Under the pieces are notes generated by a model that was not told the origin of the DNA, did no database searches, and was given only the letters and a program-made list of their open reading frames with translations. A DNA stretch of 64,000 nucleotides from Octopus sinensis (taxonomy: Eukaryota): the NCBI RefSeq assembly GCF_006345805.1, contig NW_021832281.1, forward strand, positions 1 through 64,000, in the 5' to 3' direction. How positions within the stretch are numbered: position 1 is the stretch's first letter; every line of letters starts with the position of its first letter. Shown here one piece after another: positions 26,086-38,310 of this stretch. The translations under genes were made by a program, and so were the position numbers.

Positions 26086-26257
26086 TTTTCAGCAGATAGT
26101 GGTTTTATTGATCCCAGAACAATGAAAAACGAAGTTTACTTTGGTGGGGTTTGAACTCAAACTATAAAGATCCAGAACATATCACTCTGATTATTCTACC
26201 AAACCACCAATCTGACATATGCCTCACCTGTTTCTCTCTTCTCTGTTACCTTTTCAG

Positions 26258-26349
26258 CGTCTCCCATCGACATGGCTTATGAAGCAGAACCAGACAGCCC
26301 TGAACCACCCCCCATTCCACCACACCCTACTGTTACATGTTTATCTTCT
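26258..26349 (+). CDS. ULK1/2: ULK exon (TSPIDMAYEAEPDSPEPPPIPPHPTVTCLSS), S/P-rich region
   Basis: tttcag acceptor, gtaagt donor, 92 nt, phase 1-0. Confidence 0.88.
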
Positions 26350-26509
26350 GTAAGTAAAAACAATTTTCTATTGGTTTCATCTATGGCGGGCGGTTTACCT
26401 GCATCTAGTGCTCTGTGTGTGTGTGTGTGTGTGCATGATAAAAACGCATTTGGCCAAATTTGGACATACAACAGTTTAACATAATAACAATGATATGTAT
26501 GTTTTCGTA

Positions 26510-26551
<42 letters not shown>

Positions 26552-26777
26552 TAATCCAAACAAGAAAGCAAAAACGAAAAAACAACAACGCGAGGACGTG
26601 TGGAACAAATAAAGTATTATTGGACGCTCAGGAAAGAAGGGAAGAAGGAGGGTTTGACATTTCGAGCGGAGTTCTTCGTCGGAAACATAGGAGAAGGAAA
26701 GATCCAGAGAAGGGAAGACAGAGGGAAAAAAATCGCTAGTGATACAGACGAGGTCACATACTATATATATATATATC

Positions 26778-26819
<42 letters not shown>

Positions 26820-27069
26820 TTATATACTTGGGCCTTATGGTCTACAATACCCCCATGTACCCCTAGATACTCTAATACAATCCAATATACTTCTATATAT
26901 TACTATACCCTTATTTATTACATATTGTACCCTTAATGTACCCCTATATGCTACCACCTTAGCCGCAGTACCCCTGTATTGTATGATCAATCTAAGCAAC
27001 TCTACCCCTGTGTACCCCTAGATATTCCAATGTCATCCGCTAATGTACCCCTAATCTATCTCTTTTCAG

Positions 27070-27210
27070 AGTCCTCAACACCCGCAAACTCTGACTTTGC
27101 CCCCAACCGCCACCCCACCAGTTGCTTCACCAGAAGAAGTCAATGTTTCTAAAGGAAGTCGAGTAGACAGGGTGGTAGAATCTGTTTCCAGGAGTACAAG
27201 TCCTGTGGAG
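27070..27210 (+). CDS. ULK1/2: ULK exon (SPQHPQTLTLPPTATPPVASPEEVNVSKGSRVDRVVESVSRSTSPVE)
   Basis: tttcag acceptor, GAG|gtacgt donor, 141 nt, phase 0-0. Confidence 0.85.
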
Positions 27211-27528
27211 GTACGTCTGTCTCTCTCTGTGCTACTCTGAGTATTTCTGAGTGCGTGTGTGTTCTGGAGTACCTGCCCTGTCATGGTACATCTGGTGTGT
27301 GTGTGTGTGTGTGTGTTACTTTGAATAGTGTGTGTTACAGAGTACCCGTCCTGTTGAAGTATGTGTGTGTTCAGGAGTACCTGTTCTGTTGAGGTATCTC
27401 TGCATGCATGCGTGTGTGTGTGTGTGTGATTTTGAATATTATATGTTCAGGAGTATCAGTACTGTGGAGGTACATCTTTGTCTCTCTATTACTCTGAGTA
27501 TCTATATGTTGTTCTGGAGTACCTGTAA

Positions 27529-28092
27529 GGCGGTGAGCTGGCAGAAACGTTAGCATGCCGGGCAAAATGCTTATCAGTATTTCGCCTGCTGTCAGGTTCT
27601 GAGATCAAATTCTGCCAAGGTCGACTTAGCCTTTCATCCCTTCGGGGTCGATAAATTAAGTACCATATAATCGACTTAATCCGTTTGTCCCCTCTGTGTT
27701 TAGCCCCTTGTGGGTAGTAAAGAAATAGGTATTTCATCTGTCTTTACATTCTGTGTTCAAATTCCGCCGAGGTTGACTTTGCCTTTCATCCCTTCGGATC
27801 GATAAATTAAGTGCCAGTTGGGGTCGATATAATCGACTTAATCCGTTTGTCTGTCCTTGTTCGTCCCTTCTGTGTTTAGCCCCTTGTGGGTAGTAAAGAA
27901 ATGGGTATTTCGCCTGCTGTCACATTCTGAGTTCAAATTCCACTGAGGTCGACTTTGCCTTTCATCCTTTCGGGAGTCGATTAAATAAGTACCAGTTACG
28001 CATTGGGGTCGATATAATCGACTTAATCCGTTTGTCTGTCCTTGTTTGTTCCTTCTGTGTTTAGCCCCTTGTGGATAGTAAAGAAATAGGTA
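27529..28092 (+). mobile_element. tRNA-head SINE family B, trimeric concatemer
   Basis: Head ggcggtgagctggcagaaacgttagc, B-box gagttcaaattcc, core gtcgactttgcctttcatcctttcggggtcgataaattaagtaccag. Monomers or fragments at 3760-3990(-), 18040-18200(-), 19165-19400(+), 46340-46510(-). Confidence 0.85.
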
Positions 28093-28418
28093 TATGTCTG
28101 TGTGCTGCTACTCTGAGTATTGTGTGTGGAGGAGTACCAGTCGTGTAAATATACATCTGTCTTTGTGTTACTCTGAGAATGCTCGTCTCTGGACACCCTG
28201 AGAAAAGAATTTTGCCCATGTTCTGATCTTCATGGATAAGTCTGAGGACATTTGCCTCACCAACTCCAGACATAATTTCCACAGGAGACTGGAAACCTGC
28301 TACGTTGCTTATATGAGAGCAGCGCTCATTTACAACCATCATATGATGTGATGTGAAGACAAAGATACACACACATACACACACAATACTAATGTTCTCT
28401 CTCTTTGTGTCTTTTTAG

Positions 28419-28458
28419 GGTTTTGTGATTGTCGACGGTTACCAAGATGACCAATATG
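28419..28458 (+). CDS. ULK1/2: ULK exon (GFVIVDGYQDDQY) with candidate LIR
   Basis: ttttag acceptor, G|gtgagt donor, 40 nt; FVIV resembles the ULK1 LIR DDFVMV. Confidence 0.88.
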
Positions 28459-29621
28459 GTGAGTTATTAACCCTATAGGGTTTCTCATTATTCTGCCAAA
28501 ATTAATTATTTTTTTTTATCCAAATTGTTTTGAACTAATCAGGCATTATCTTATAGCGATGAGATTTTGGATGAGGAAGCTGTTAATTTTTAAGATGATA
28601 TTGTAGGGTTGGTGTGAGAGACCAGATCTGGCCAGTTTGACCATAAAACAGACAGAATACTTTTGGCCAGATATGACCGGTTTAAATGCTAAAGGGTCAA
28701 ACACTTTCTTAACCTCTGACCTTCTTGATCTCTGACTTTGTGTCACAAGATTTTGGGATCAAAACCCACTGGAGTGGGCAGAGAGAGTTTTTGCAAAGTT
28801 ACACACCAGTTACTCTTTTACATGTTACAGTCATTTGACTGTGGCTATGCTGGAACACCACCGTTAGTTGAACGAATCGACCCCCAGGACTTATTCTTCA
28901 TAAGCCCAGTACTTATTCTATCGGTCTCATTTGCCAAACCTCTAAGTTATGGGGACGTAAACACACCAGCATCGATTGTCAAGCGATGTTGGGGAAACAA
29001 ACACAAATACACACATATATATATATATTTATAAAGTTAATCCAAACATGAAAGCACAAAAAAACACAACAACGCGAGGATGTGGAACAAATAGTATTAT
29101 TGGACGCTCAGAAAAGAAGGGAAGAAGGAGGGTTTAACGTTTCGAGTGGAGCTCTTCGTCAGAAACATAGGAGAAGGAAAGATCCAGAGAAGGGAAGACA
29201 GAGGAAATATATATATATGACGGGCTTCAGTTTCTATCTACCAAATCTACTCACAAGGCTTTGGTCGGTCAGAACCTATAGTAGAAGACACTTGCCCAAG
29301 GTGCCATGCAGTGGGATTGAACCTGGAACCATGTTGTTGGTAAACAAGCTACTTACCACACGACCACTCCCAAGATTCGGGGATCAAATCCCACTGAGGT
29401 GGGCAGGGAGAGTTTTTGAAGCTGAATCAGTCACTTCCACACACACAATATGGAGACTAAAGGAATACATATATTAGAGCAGAAGGGGACAACAGGGGAT
29501 TCTAATAACAATGTCGTATAATTTAAGGGTCGTTAATGCAATATTTTCATTTTTGTCCTTTCCTATTTCCAGACTAATTAATTCATTTATTGACTAATTA
29601 TTATTTTTTTTTAAATTTCAG

Positions 29622-29655
29622 ATAAAAACGAAACTGGTGATAATGGATCTGACAG
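29622..29655 (+). CDS. ULK1/2: ULK 34-nt exon (DKNETGDNGSDS)
   Basis: tttcag acceptor, AG|gtcagt donor; phase 1-2 is exactly what is needed to bridge 28458 to 30394. Confidence 0.8.
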
Positions 29656-30393
29656 GTCAGTGAAAGATCTTCTGTGTTGTGGTGGCGGTTGTAGTATATG
29701 GGTTGTAACAGTGTGGTTGTGGTGGTAGTGTATGGATGGTGTGGTGATGTTGGTGGTAATGTATGTGTATTGCGGTGGTGGTAGTACACAGTGTGGTGAA
29801 GTTGGCTACAGTGCATGTTATAGTGGTGGTGGTAACAGTGGTAGTGTGTAGATTGGTGTGGTGAGATGGTGGCATCATATGGTGTGGATAATTATAACAT
29901 TGTGTGTTATAACACTCTCGGAGTGGTTGGCATTAGGAAGGGCATCCAGCTGTAGAAACTCTGCCAGATGAGATTGGAGCCTGGTGTAGCCATCTGGTTC
30001 ACCAGCCCTCAGTCAAAATCGTCCAACCCATGCCAGCATGGAAAGCGGATGTTAAACGATGATGATGATATATATGTGAAGGCACATATTATATATATGT
30101 ATACCATCTGACTGACTCATCATGCTGGTGGCACATAAAAGGCACCCACTACACTCTCGGAGTGGTTGGCCTTAGGAAGGGCATCCAGCTGTAGAAACTC
30201 TGCCAGATCAGACTGGAGCCTGGTGCAGCCTTCTGGCTTCCCAGACCCCAGTTGAACCGTCCAACCCGTGCTAGCGCGGAAAACGGACGTTAAACGGATG
30301 TTAAATGTTGATGATGATGATAAACCCAATGTGTAACCTTTAATAAACACCCCTGCCTCATCTCTCTTTTCTTTTCTTTCTCTCTCTCTGCAG

Positions 30394-30625
30394 TGACGAT
30401 GAGGTTTGTGTGAGGAACGTGAATATGAGTCCTACGTCCGGTACCGTGGCATTTAAGAAAGACTGCCAGACGAGTCCAACGAGACCGACATCTTTACAAG
30501 TTCAGTCGCCCAACATCACCCCCCCTTCGCAGCCGATCCCTGTCCCAACACAAACTGAAGCTTACCAAATTATGTCAAATTCCCCCACCACCCCCTCCCT
30601 CACTCACAGTAAAGAATCGGCCTCG
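30394..30625 (+). CDS. ULK1/2: ULK exon (DDEVCVRN...PSQPIPVPTQTEAYQ...KESAS)
   Basis: ctgcag acceptor, G|gtaagg donor, 232 nt; ULK-type PIPVPTQ motif. Confidence 0.93.
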
Positions 30626-30770
30626 GTAAGGACACCCAATTCTTATTCTTCTCTTGTTGTTGTTGTCGTTATTATTATTATTATAAGTACCAGTTGAGTA
30701 TTGGGGGTCAGTGTAAACACCGTAGCTCCTCTTCATGAAATTGCTGGCCTTGTGCCAAAACACGAAAGCA

Positions 30771-30832
<62 letters not shown>

Positions 30833-31007
30833 ACCAGGGTCAAGTTTGCCTTTCATCCTTTGAGGGTTGATAAAATAAGTACCAGTTGAGCACTGGAGTC
30901 GATGGTAATCGACTGTCCCCCTGCCCCAAATTCCAGGCTTTAGGCTTTTAATAGAAAGGTTTTTTATTATTATTATTATTATTATAGCAGTGAGCTGGCA
31001 GAATCGT

Positions 31008-31487
31008 TAGATAATGTAGTCCTAGGTACACTATGCCTCAATAAAAGACGGAATGGTCACAGCTGGAATATCTTTGATCAGAGGTCTGTCTGGATCAGGA
31101 CTGACCTGGGGCTAAACAACAAGGAAGGACACATTAGATAATGTAGTCCTAGATACACTATGCCAGAATAAAAGACAGGATGGTCACAGCTGGAACATCT
31201 TCGATCATAGGTTCTGCTGGATCAGGACTGACCTGGGGCTAAACAACAGAAACAAGGAAGGACACATTAGATAATGTAGTCCTAGATACACTATGCCTGA
31301 ATAAAAGACAGGATGGTCACAGATGGAACATCTTTCATCATAGGTCTGCTGGATCAGGACTGACCTGGGGCTAAACAACAGCAACAAGGAAGGACACATT
31401 AGATAATGTAGTCCTAGATACACTATGCCTGAATAAAAGACAGGATGGTCACAGCTGGAACATCTTTGATCATAGGTCTGCTGGATC
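31008..31487 (-). repeat. Same ~120-bp satellite, inverted (~4 units)
   Basis: Reverse complement of the 25544 unit. Confidence 0.9.
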
Positions 31488-31687
31488 GAGAGTACCAGTC
31501 AAGTACAGGGTTTTATCTAAATTCTATCTAACTCCCTTCTGCAAGACTGCCGGCCTTGTACCAATATTAGAAAGAATTATAATTGCAATTATTGTTAATG
31601 TTATTATTTATTTATTAATTAATTATTTGCTTCTGATTGGAAGATTCAATTGGGTATCAATTGTTGATGTTGTTGTTGTTGTTTTAG

Positions 31688-31784
31688 GAAAAAGAGGAGG
31701 GTAACAGCCATATGTTGAAACGCAACAGCTCAGAATCTCGTCTCAGTAGTGGACCAGACATAGGGTCGTTATCTCCACCAACAG
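31688..31784 (+). CDS. ULK1/2: ULK exon (EKEEGNSHMLKRNSSESRLSSGPDIGSLSPPT)
   Basis: ttttag acceptor, CAG|gtttgt donor, 97 nt, phase 0-1. Confidence 0.9.
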
Positions 31785-31800
31785 GTTTGTGTTCCTTTTA

Positions 31801-31833
<33 letters not shown>

Positions 31834-32397
31834 CACATACGTACATAGGCGTAGGAGTGGCTGTGTAGTAAGTAGCTTGCTTACCAACCACATGGTTCCG
31901 GGTTCAGTCCCACTGCGTGGCACCTTGGGCAAGTGTCTTCTACAACAGCCTCTGGCCGACCAAAGCCTTGTGAGTGGATTTGGTAGACGGAAACTGAAAG
32001 AAGCCCATCGTATACATGTATGTATTTGTGTGTGTGTGTGTATATGTTTGTGTGTGTGTGTATATATATATATACATGTGTGTGTATATACATGTTTATG
32101 TATGTATGTATATAAATATATATACATACATATTTATGTGTGTGTATATATATATACGTTTATGTATGTGTGTGTGTATATATATATATATACATGTTTA
32201 TGTGCGTGTATATATGCATGAATGTGTGTGTATGCTCTCAAACTCTCAAACACACACACACAAAATCTTAAACTCTACACCTTGTCTAGTGGATTAGGAG
32301 TTAATTAACATTAATTAATAATTGCTATTTTTATTCACTTGTTCTATTTATTTCCTTTTATTGTATTCTAATTATTTTTTGTTTTTGTTTGTTTCAG

Positions 32398-32541
32398 TTA
32401 CATTCACCATTGGGAGTCCACACAGTTCCCCCTGGAGGAGGGGCAGCACTAGCAACACCCCACCTCCCCATCCACCAACAGCACACCGGACCCACTCCGG
32501 CACCCCGCCCAACATGGTCGCCTCACCACTAAGAAGATCTG
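32398..32541 (+). CDS. ULK1/2: ULK exon (VTFTIGSPHSSPWRRGS...SPLRRS)
   Basis: tttcag acceptor, G|gtgagt donor, 144 nt; FTIGSP motif. Confidence 0.92.
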
Positions 32542-32684
32542 GTGAGTACCCTTTGAAAACCCCCTAAACAACAGGCACTCCTTACCTTTCAGCTTCCTGG
32601 AAATAGCAGCCAAATTATATTTAAGTTACAGGCTCTTGTGTCTGAATACGAAGGAAGACTTGTCGTGCCTGGAGCAGTATTAGG

Positions 32685-33343
32685 ACAGAACTGACCTGGG
32701 GCTTAATAATTAAGAAATACACATTAGATAATGTAGTTCTAGATACACTATGCCTGAATAAAAGACCAGATGGTCACAGCTGGAACGTCTTTGATCATAG
32801 GTCTGCCAGATCAGGACTGACCTGGGGCTAAACAACGAGGAAGGACACATTAGATAATGTAGTCCTAGATACACTATGCCAGAATAAAAGACAGGATGGT
32901 CACAGCTGGAACGTCTTTGATCATAGGTCTGCCAGATCAGGACTGACCTGGGGCTAAACAACGAGGAAGGACACATTAGATAATGTAGTCCTAGATACAC
33001 TATGTCTGAATAAAAGACAGGATGGTCACAGCTGGAAGATCCTTGATCATAGGTCTGCTGGATCAGGACTGACCTAGGGCTAAACAACAAGGAAGAACAT
33101 ATTAGATAATGTAGTCCTAGATACACTATGCCTGAATAAAAGACAGGATGGTCACAGCTCGAACATCTTTGATCATAGGTGTACTGGATCAGGACTGACC
33201 TTGGGTTAAACAGAAACAAGAAGAAGGACACATTAGATAATGTAGTCCTAGATACACTATGCCTGAATAAAAGACAGGATGGTCACAGCTGGAACATCTT
33301 CGATCATAGGTCTGCTGGATCAGGTTTGACCTGGGGCTAAACA
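32685..33343 (-). repeat. Same ~120-bp satellite, inverted (~5.5 units)
   Basis: Reverse complement of the 25544 unit. Confidence 0.9.
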
Positions 33344-33443
33344 ACTACTACCATAACTCGTTAGCTAATTACAAAAATGTCGTTAATGTTTGTCTAATCC
33401 AGTGTTGTAGAATTCTATTTTGATGTCATGGTTTCAATTCCAG

Positions 33444-33617
33444 GTCACAGTCCAGCATCTGTTTCTCCTCAACAAGCCATCACGGGCCCATCATCCATGC
33501 CGATATTCTTCGGATCGCATGATCGAAGAGAAGGTTTCCACCATGTCGGCAGCCTTCCCTACAACCTGTATCGACCCAGGACAGTCCCGGACAACATGGC
33601 TACCTATACTTATAACG
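33444..33617 (+). CDS. ULK1/2: ULK exon (GHSPASVSPQQ...MATYTYN)
   Basis: ttccag acceptor, G|gtaagt donor, 174 nt, phase 1-1. Confidence 0.85.
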
Positions 33618-33719
33618 GTAAGTACAGCGCTGATTGTGTGTGTACTTTCTTTGGGTACTCTTATTTTGTATGTACTCTCATTGTGGATTTTTTGAAGTAC
33701 GGTCTTCCGTGTGTGTTTG

Positions 33720-34141
33720 TATACTCTTTTATTTGTTTCAGTCGTTTGACTGCGGCCATGCTGGAGCACCGCCTTTTTTAGTCGAGCAACTCGACCCCGG
33801 GACTTATTCTTTTGTAAGCCCAGTACTTATTCTATCGGTCTCTTTTGCCGAACCGCTAAGTAACGGGGACGTAAACACACCAGCATCGGTTGTCAAACAA
33901 TGCTAGGGGGACAAACACAGACACACACAACACACATATATATATATATATATAATAATATATATATATACATATATACGACAGGCTCTTTCAGTTTCCG
34001 TCTATCAAATCCACTCACAAGGCTTTGGTCGGCCCGAGGCTATAGCAGAAGACACTTGCCGAAGGTGCCACACAGTGGGACTGAACCCAGAACCATGTGG
34101 TTGGTAAACAAGCTACTTACCACACAGCCACTCCTGCGCCT
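33720..34141 (-). mobile_element. SINE family A, full copy
   Basis: Reverse complement of 2033-2425. Confidence 0.88.
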
Positions 34142-35396
34142 ATATGCATGTATTTGTTAGTGATTTCATATTTATATTACTACACTCTTGGAACCCACTA
34201 CACACTCGGAGTGGTTGGCATTAGGAAGGGTATCCAGCTGTAGAAATTCTGCCAGATTGGAGCATAGTGCAACCATCTGGTTCACCAGTCCTCAGTCAAA
34301 TCGTCCAACCCATACTAGCATGGAAAGCGGACGTTAAAACGATGATGATGATATATATGTGAAGGCACATATTATATATATGTATACCACCTGACTGGCT
34401 CATCATGCTGGTGGCACGTAAAAAGCACCCACTACACTCTAGGAGTGGTGGGCGTTAGGAAGGGCATCCATCTGTAGAAACTCTGCCAGATCAGATTGGA
34501 GTGTGGTGCAGCCATCTGGTTTGCCAGTCCTCAGTCAAATCGTCCAACCCATGCTAGCATGGAAAGCGGACGTTAAACGATGATGATTTATATATATATA
34601 TATATATATATCATCATCATTATTTAAGGTCCATCTTCCATGCATGCATGGGTTGGACGGTTGACAGGGGCCAACCAGGTAGAAGACTACCTCAGGCTAC
34701 TGTGTCTGTTTTGGCAGTTTTTATTGCTGGCTGCACCACGACCACTCTGCAGAGTGAACTCGGTGCTTTTCGCATGGCACCAGCACACACAGGCGAGGTT
34801 TGCTTTGGCATCGTTTCCACAGCTGGATGCCCTTCCAAATGCCAACCACTGTCCAGTGTGGACTGGATGCTTTTTACATGACACCAGCACTGCCAGGGCC
34901 ACCAAAGAACTTGCTAGACAAGGAATTTTGAGAGTGGAAGAAGAGGTGATCCTTTGTGTGTGTGTGTGTGTGTAAAGGTAAGATCTAAGTGTAGGAAGTA
35001 AGCTTCCAGCAGTCCATAGTAGGTATGAAAAGGCAACTTTGAGGGACGGTAGTGGTTTATTATTTATATATGTACATACATTATATGTATGTATGTATGT
35101 ATAGTTTTTCTACCTATTATATACATTACATTCTTGTAATTTACTTAATCTTTACTTTTTAATTGTTATTTTAATTTTAACTTTTCTATTATATGTAATT
35201 TTCTAGAGGGTGTAATTTAATTGTTCATTTTGAATTGATATTCAATATTATATAATTATATAATATATAATATTTCATATATATATTATATTGTGTGGAA
35301 TTTGATTTACTATTTCTAAATTGAATTCTTTTTCCTTGTAAGTTTGGATTTTATTCCCTCAAATAATAATTAATATATATAATATATATATATATA

Positions 35397-35427
<31 letters not shown>

Positions 35428-35763
35428 CTAGGAATAGTAGCCAATACACCATCTTGCCCCTATTCCATTTTTAGAAAATAAGCCCAATTATCTGCGGAAA
35501 TATTAATTTTATTTCGTCTTTTCAGGGGTCAACATACAAAGAAACAAACTTTGCTTTTTATAAGGATAACAGTAGATATATCTGTATGTCTGTGTGTCCA
35601 TATCTGCCCCTCTCCACTGTTTACTAGTCAGGTGCCTTTCTAAAGATGGACCCCCCCCCCAATAACTGGCCCTACACCAGTACCCTCACCCTCACCAGTT
35701 CCACCCCCCCACTCTGAATGATGTATTTTCTTAATGTTTTGTTTTTCGTGTCTTCCTCTTCAG

Positions 35764-35904
35764 CCTCCCCTCCAAACAGTTGTCCTGAGTGTGGCCATGG
35801 TCCGACCGATATCCCACAGCGTCATGGCAGCCAGGCCACTGCTCGCGACAGTATAATGACCACCCAGTTGAGGAGTCCGTATGGATCGCCCCGGCAATAT
35901 TTTG
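35764..35904 (+). CDS. ULK1/2: ULK exon (ASPPNSCPECGHG...SPYGSPRQYF)
   Basis: cttcag acceptor, G|gtaagg donor, 141 nt, phase 1-1. Confidence 0.83.
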
Positions 35905-37394
35905 GTAAGGCTCTTCCCTCTCTCTCTTATTTCAACATTCACAGCAACAACATTATTAACAAGAACAACATTAACACATCATCATCATCATCATCAATAA
36001 TATCACCACCACCATCGCCATCATCATTAGCCATCCAAGAATTTGTACCTGGAGATCTCCATTTACGGCGACTTCGAGGGCCACCTCCCAGTGGTGTCGG
36101 GTGTCAACGAAGAGCCCTCGACTACAACAAGACGACCAAAGTTTTTTTTTTTTTTTGTGTTTCCAAGGTCTGGGGTCTCCCGCCCCTGAGCCCTAGACCA
36201 TCACCTCATCACCCTTACCCGTCTTGTTGCTTAACAACAACAACAAACAACAGCAACACGATTGCTCATGCCCTTTCTCTATCTTTCTAATTATTATGCT
36301 TCAACATCGCCAACAACAACACTATCACCAAGAACAGCTACATCATCATCATCGTTTAACGTCCGTTCTCCATGCTGGCATGGGTTGGACGGTTCGACCG
36401 GGGATCTGGCAAGCCAGAAGGCTGCACCAGGCTCCAGTCTGATCTGGCAGTGTTTCTACAGCTGGATGCCCTTCCTAATGCCAACCACTCCGAGAGTGTA
36501 GTGGGTGATTTTATGTGCCACCGACACAGGTGCCAGACGGGGCTTGGCAGACGGCCACGCTCGGATATGGTGTTTTCGGTGTTTTTCTTATGTGCCACCG
36601 ACACAGGTGCCATCTTGTTGCTTAACGACAACAACCAACAGCAACACGATTGCTCATGCCCTTTCTCTATCTTTCTAATTATTATGCTTCAACATCGCCA
36701 ACAATAACAACAACACTATCACCAAGAACAGCTACATAATAATAATAATCAACACCACCACCACCACCATTACAAAATATTTTTGTTGTTTTTGTAAAAT
36801 CTCAGAAAATAATTAAAAATTCACAATTTTTTATCAAATTATTTTGTTATATTCTTTGTTTCTACATCTTTCTCTCTCTCTGTCTCTCTTCATCTTGCTC
36901 TTCCTTTCTCTCTCTCTGCATCTTTCACCAACTCCTCAGTCTCTGCCTTCTCCTCATCATTCTCATCAGTTATCTGTCTGTTTCTCTCTTTCCTATCCAC
37001 CCTCACTAACTCTCTCTCTCTCTATCTCTCCACTTCTGCATTTCTAATTAACTATTTCTAGCGTTCTCTTTCTTCCACACTCTCACTAACTCCTCATCTC
37101 TCCCTCACACAATGTCCCACTCTCTCCTACTCATACCTTCTCCACATAATTCTTACTAACCATCTCTATCTCCCCCCTCATACACTCATTGTCTCTGACT
37201 CTCCTTCTCTCTCCCTTTCATACATTCATTCTACCAAAAGAAGTCGACTGGTTTCACTTGTGCTCACCATAACAAAGAAATTATTGATAATGTTCTAATT
37301 TCATGCTATCACAAGAAGTTTTCCTTCCATGTTAGTAGGAGGAACCATATTCCTCCCACTGTCTAACTATATATCTCCTTCTCTCTCTCCACAG

Positions 37395-37597
37395 CCTATC
37401 CCTCAGGTATGATAGCCTGGCCCACCAAAGACAGGTACATCCACACTAATGAAGACCATTACTATCGGCACCCTGCTTACCTGGTCTACCCTGAGGCATC
37501 ACCCCCAACCTCACTGATGTATGCCCCATCACCACCCAGTATCGATACGGCAATGCCTTTCGTGGCCCCAGAACTGGCTGAGGATACACTAATGGAT
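37395..37597 (+). CDS. ULK1/2: ULK exon (AYPSGMIAW...FVAPELAEDTLMD), start of C-terminal domain
   Basis: ccacag acceptor, gtaagt donor, 203 nt; matches ULK1 APELPEETLME. Confidence 0.94.
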
Positions 37598-38114
37598 GTA
37601 AGTAATTTTAATTAATTAGTTATATCAGTTAATTATGAAAGCAATAACGCTGTTGTCATTCGTTACAAGGTTCACAGGGTCCAGTTCCTGGTTTATTGTG
37701 TTTGTGGTGTTGGAGAGGGAAAGTAAGAGAGTATCTGTGATTTGGGACAGAACAAACATCATAAAGGACCAACCTACTGCATTTCAGGAGTATTAATCTT
37801 GATATTTGCAGGGTTGTGTCTTTTTGTTTTTGTTGATATACATCAGAGATAAACAATATACACACACATGTGTGTAATTTGTATATACATATGTATATAG
37901 GTATGTAAGTATGTACGTGTGTGTGTATATATATATATATGTACGTGTGTGTATGTAAGTATATATGTGTACGTGTGTGTGTGTGAGTACATATGTGTGT
38001 GTGTGTGTGAGTAATATATATGTGTGTGTGTGAGTATATATGTGTGTGTGTGTGTGAGTATATATGTGTGTGTGTGTGTGAGTATATATATATGTGTGTG
38101 TGTGTGTGTGAGAG

Positions 38115-38146
<32 letters not shown>

Positions 38147-38274
38147 AGTATATATATGTGTGTGTGTGTGTGTGAGTATATATATGTGTGAGTATATATA
38201 TGTGTGTGTGTGTGTGAGTATATATGTGTGTGTGTGTGTGTGTGAGTATATATATGTGTGTGTGTGTGTGTGAG

Positions 38275-38310
<36 letters not shown>

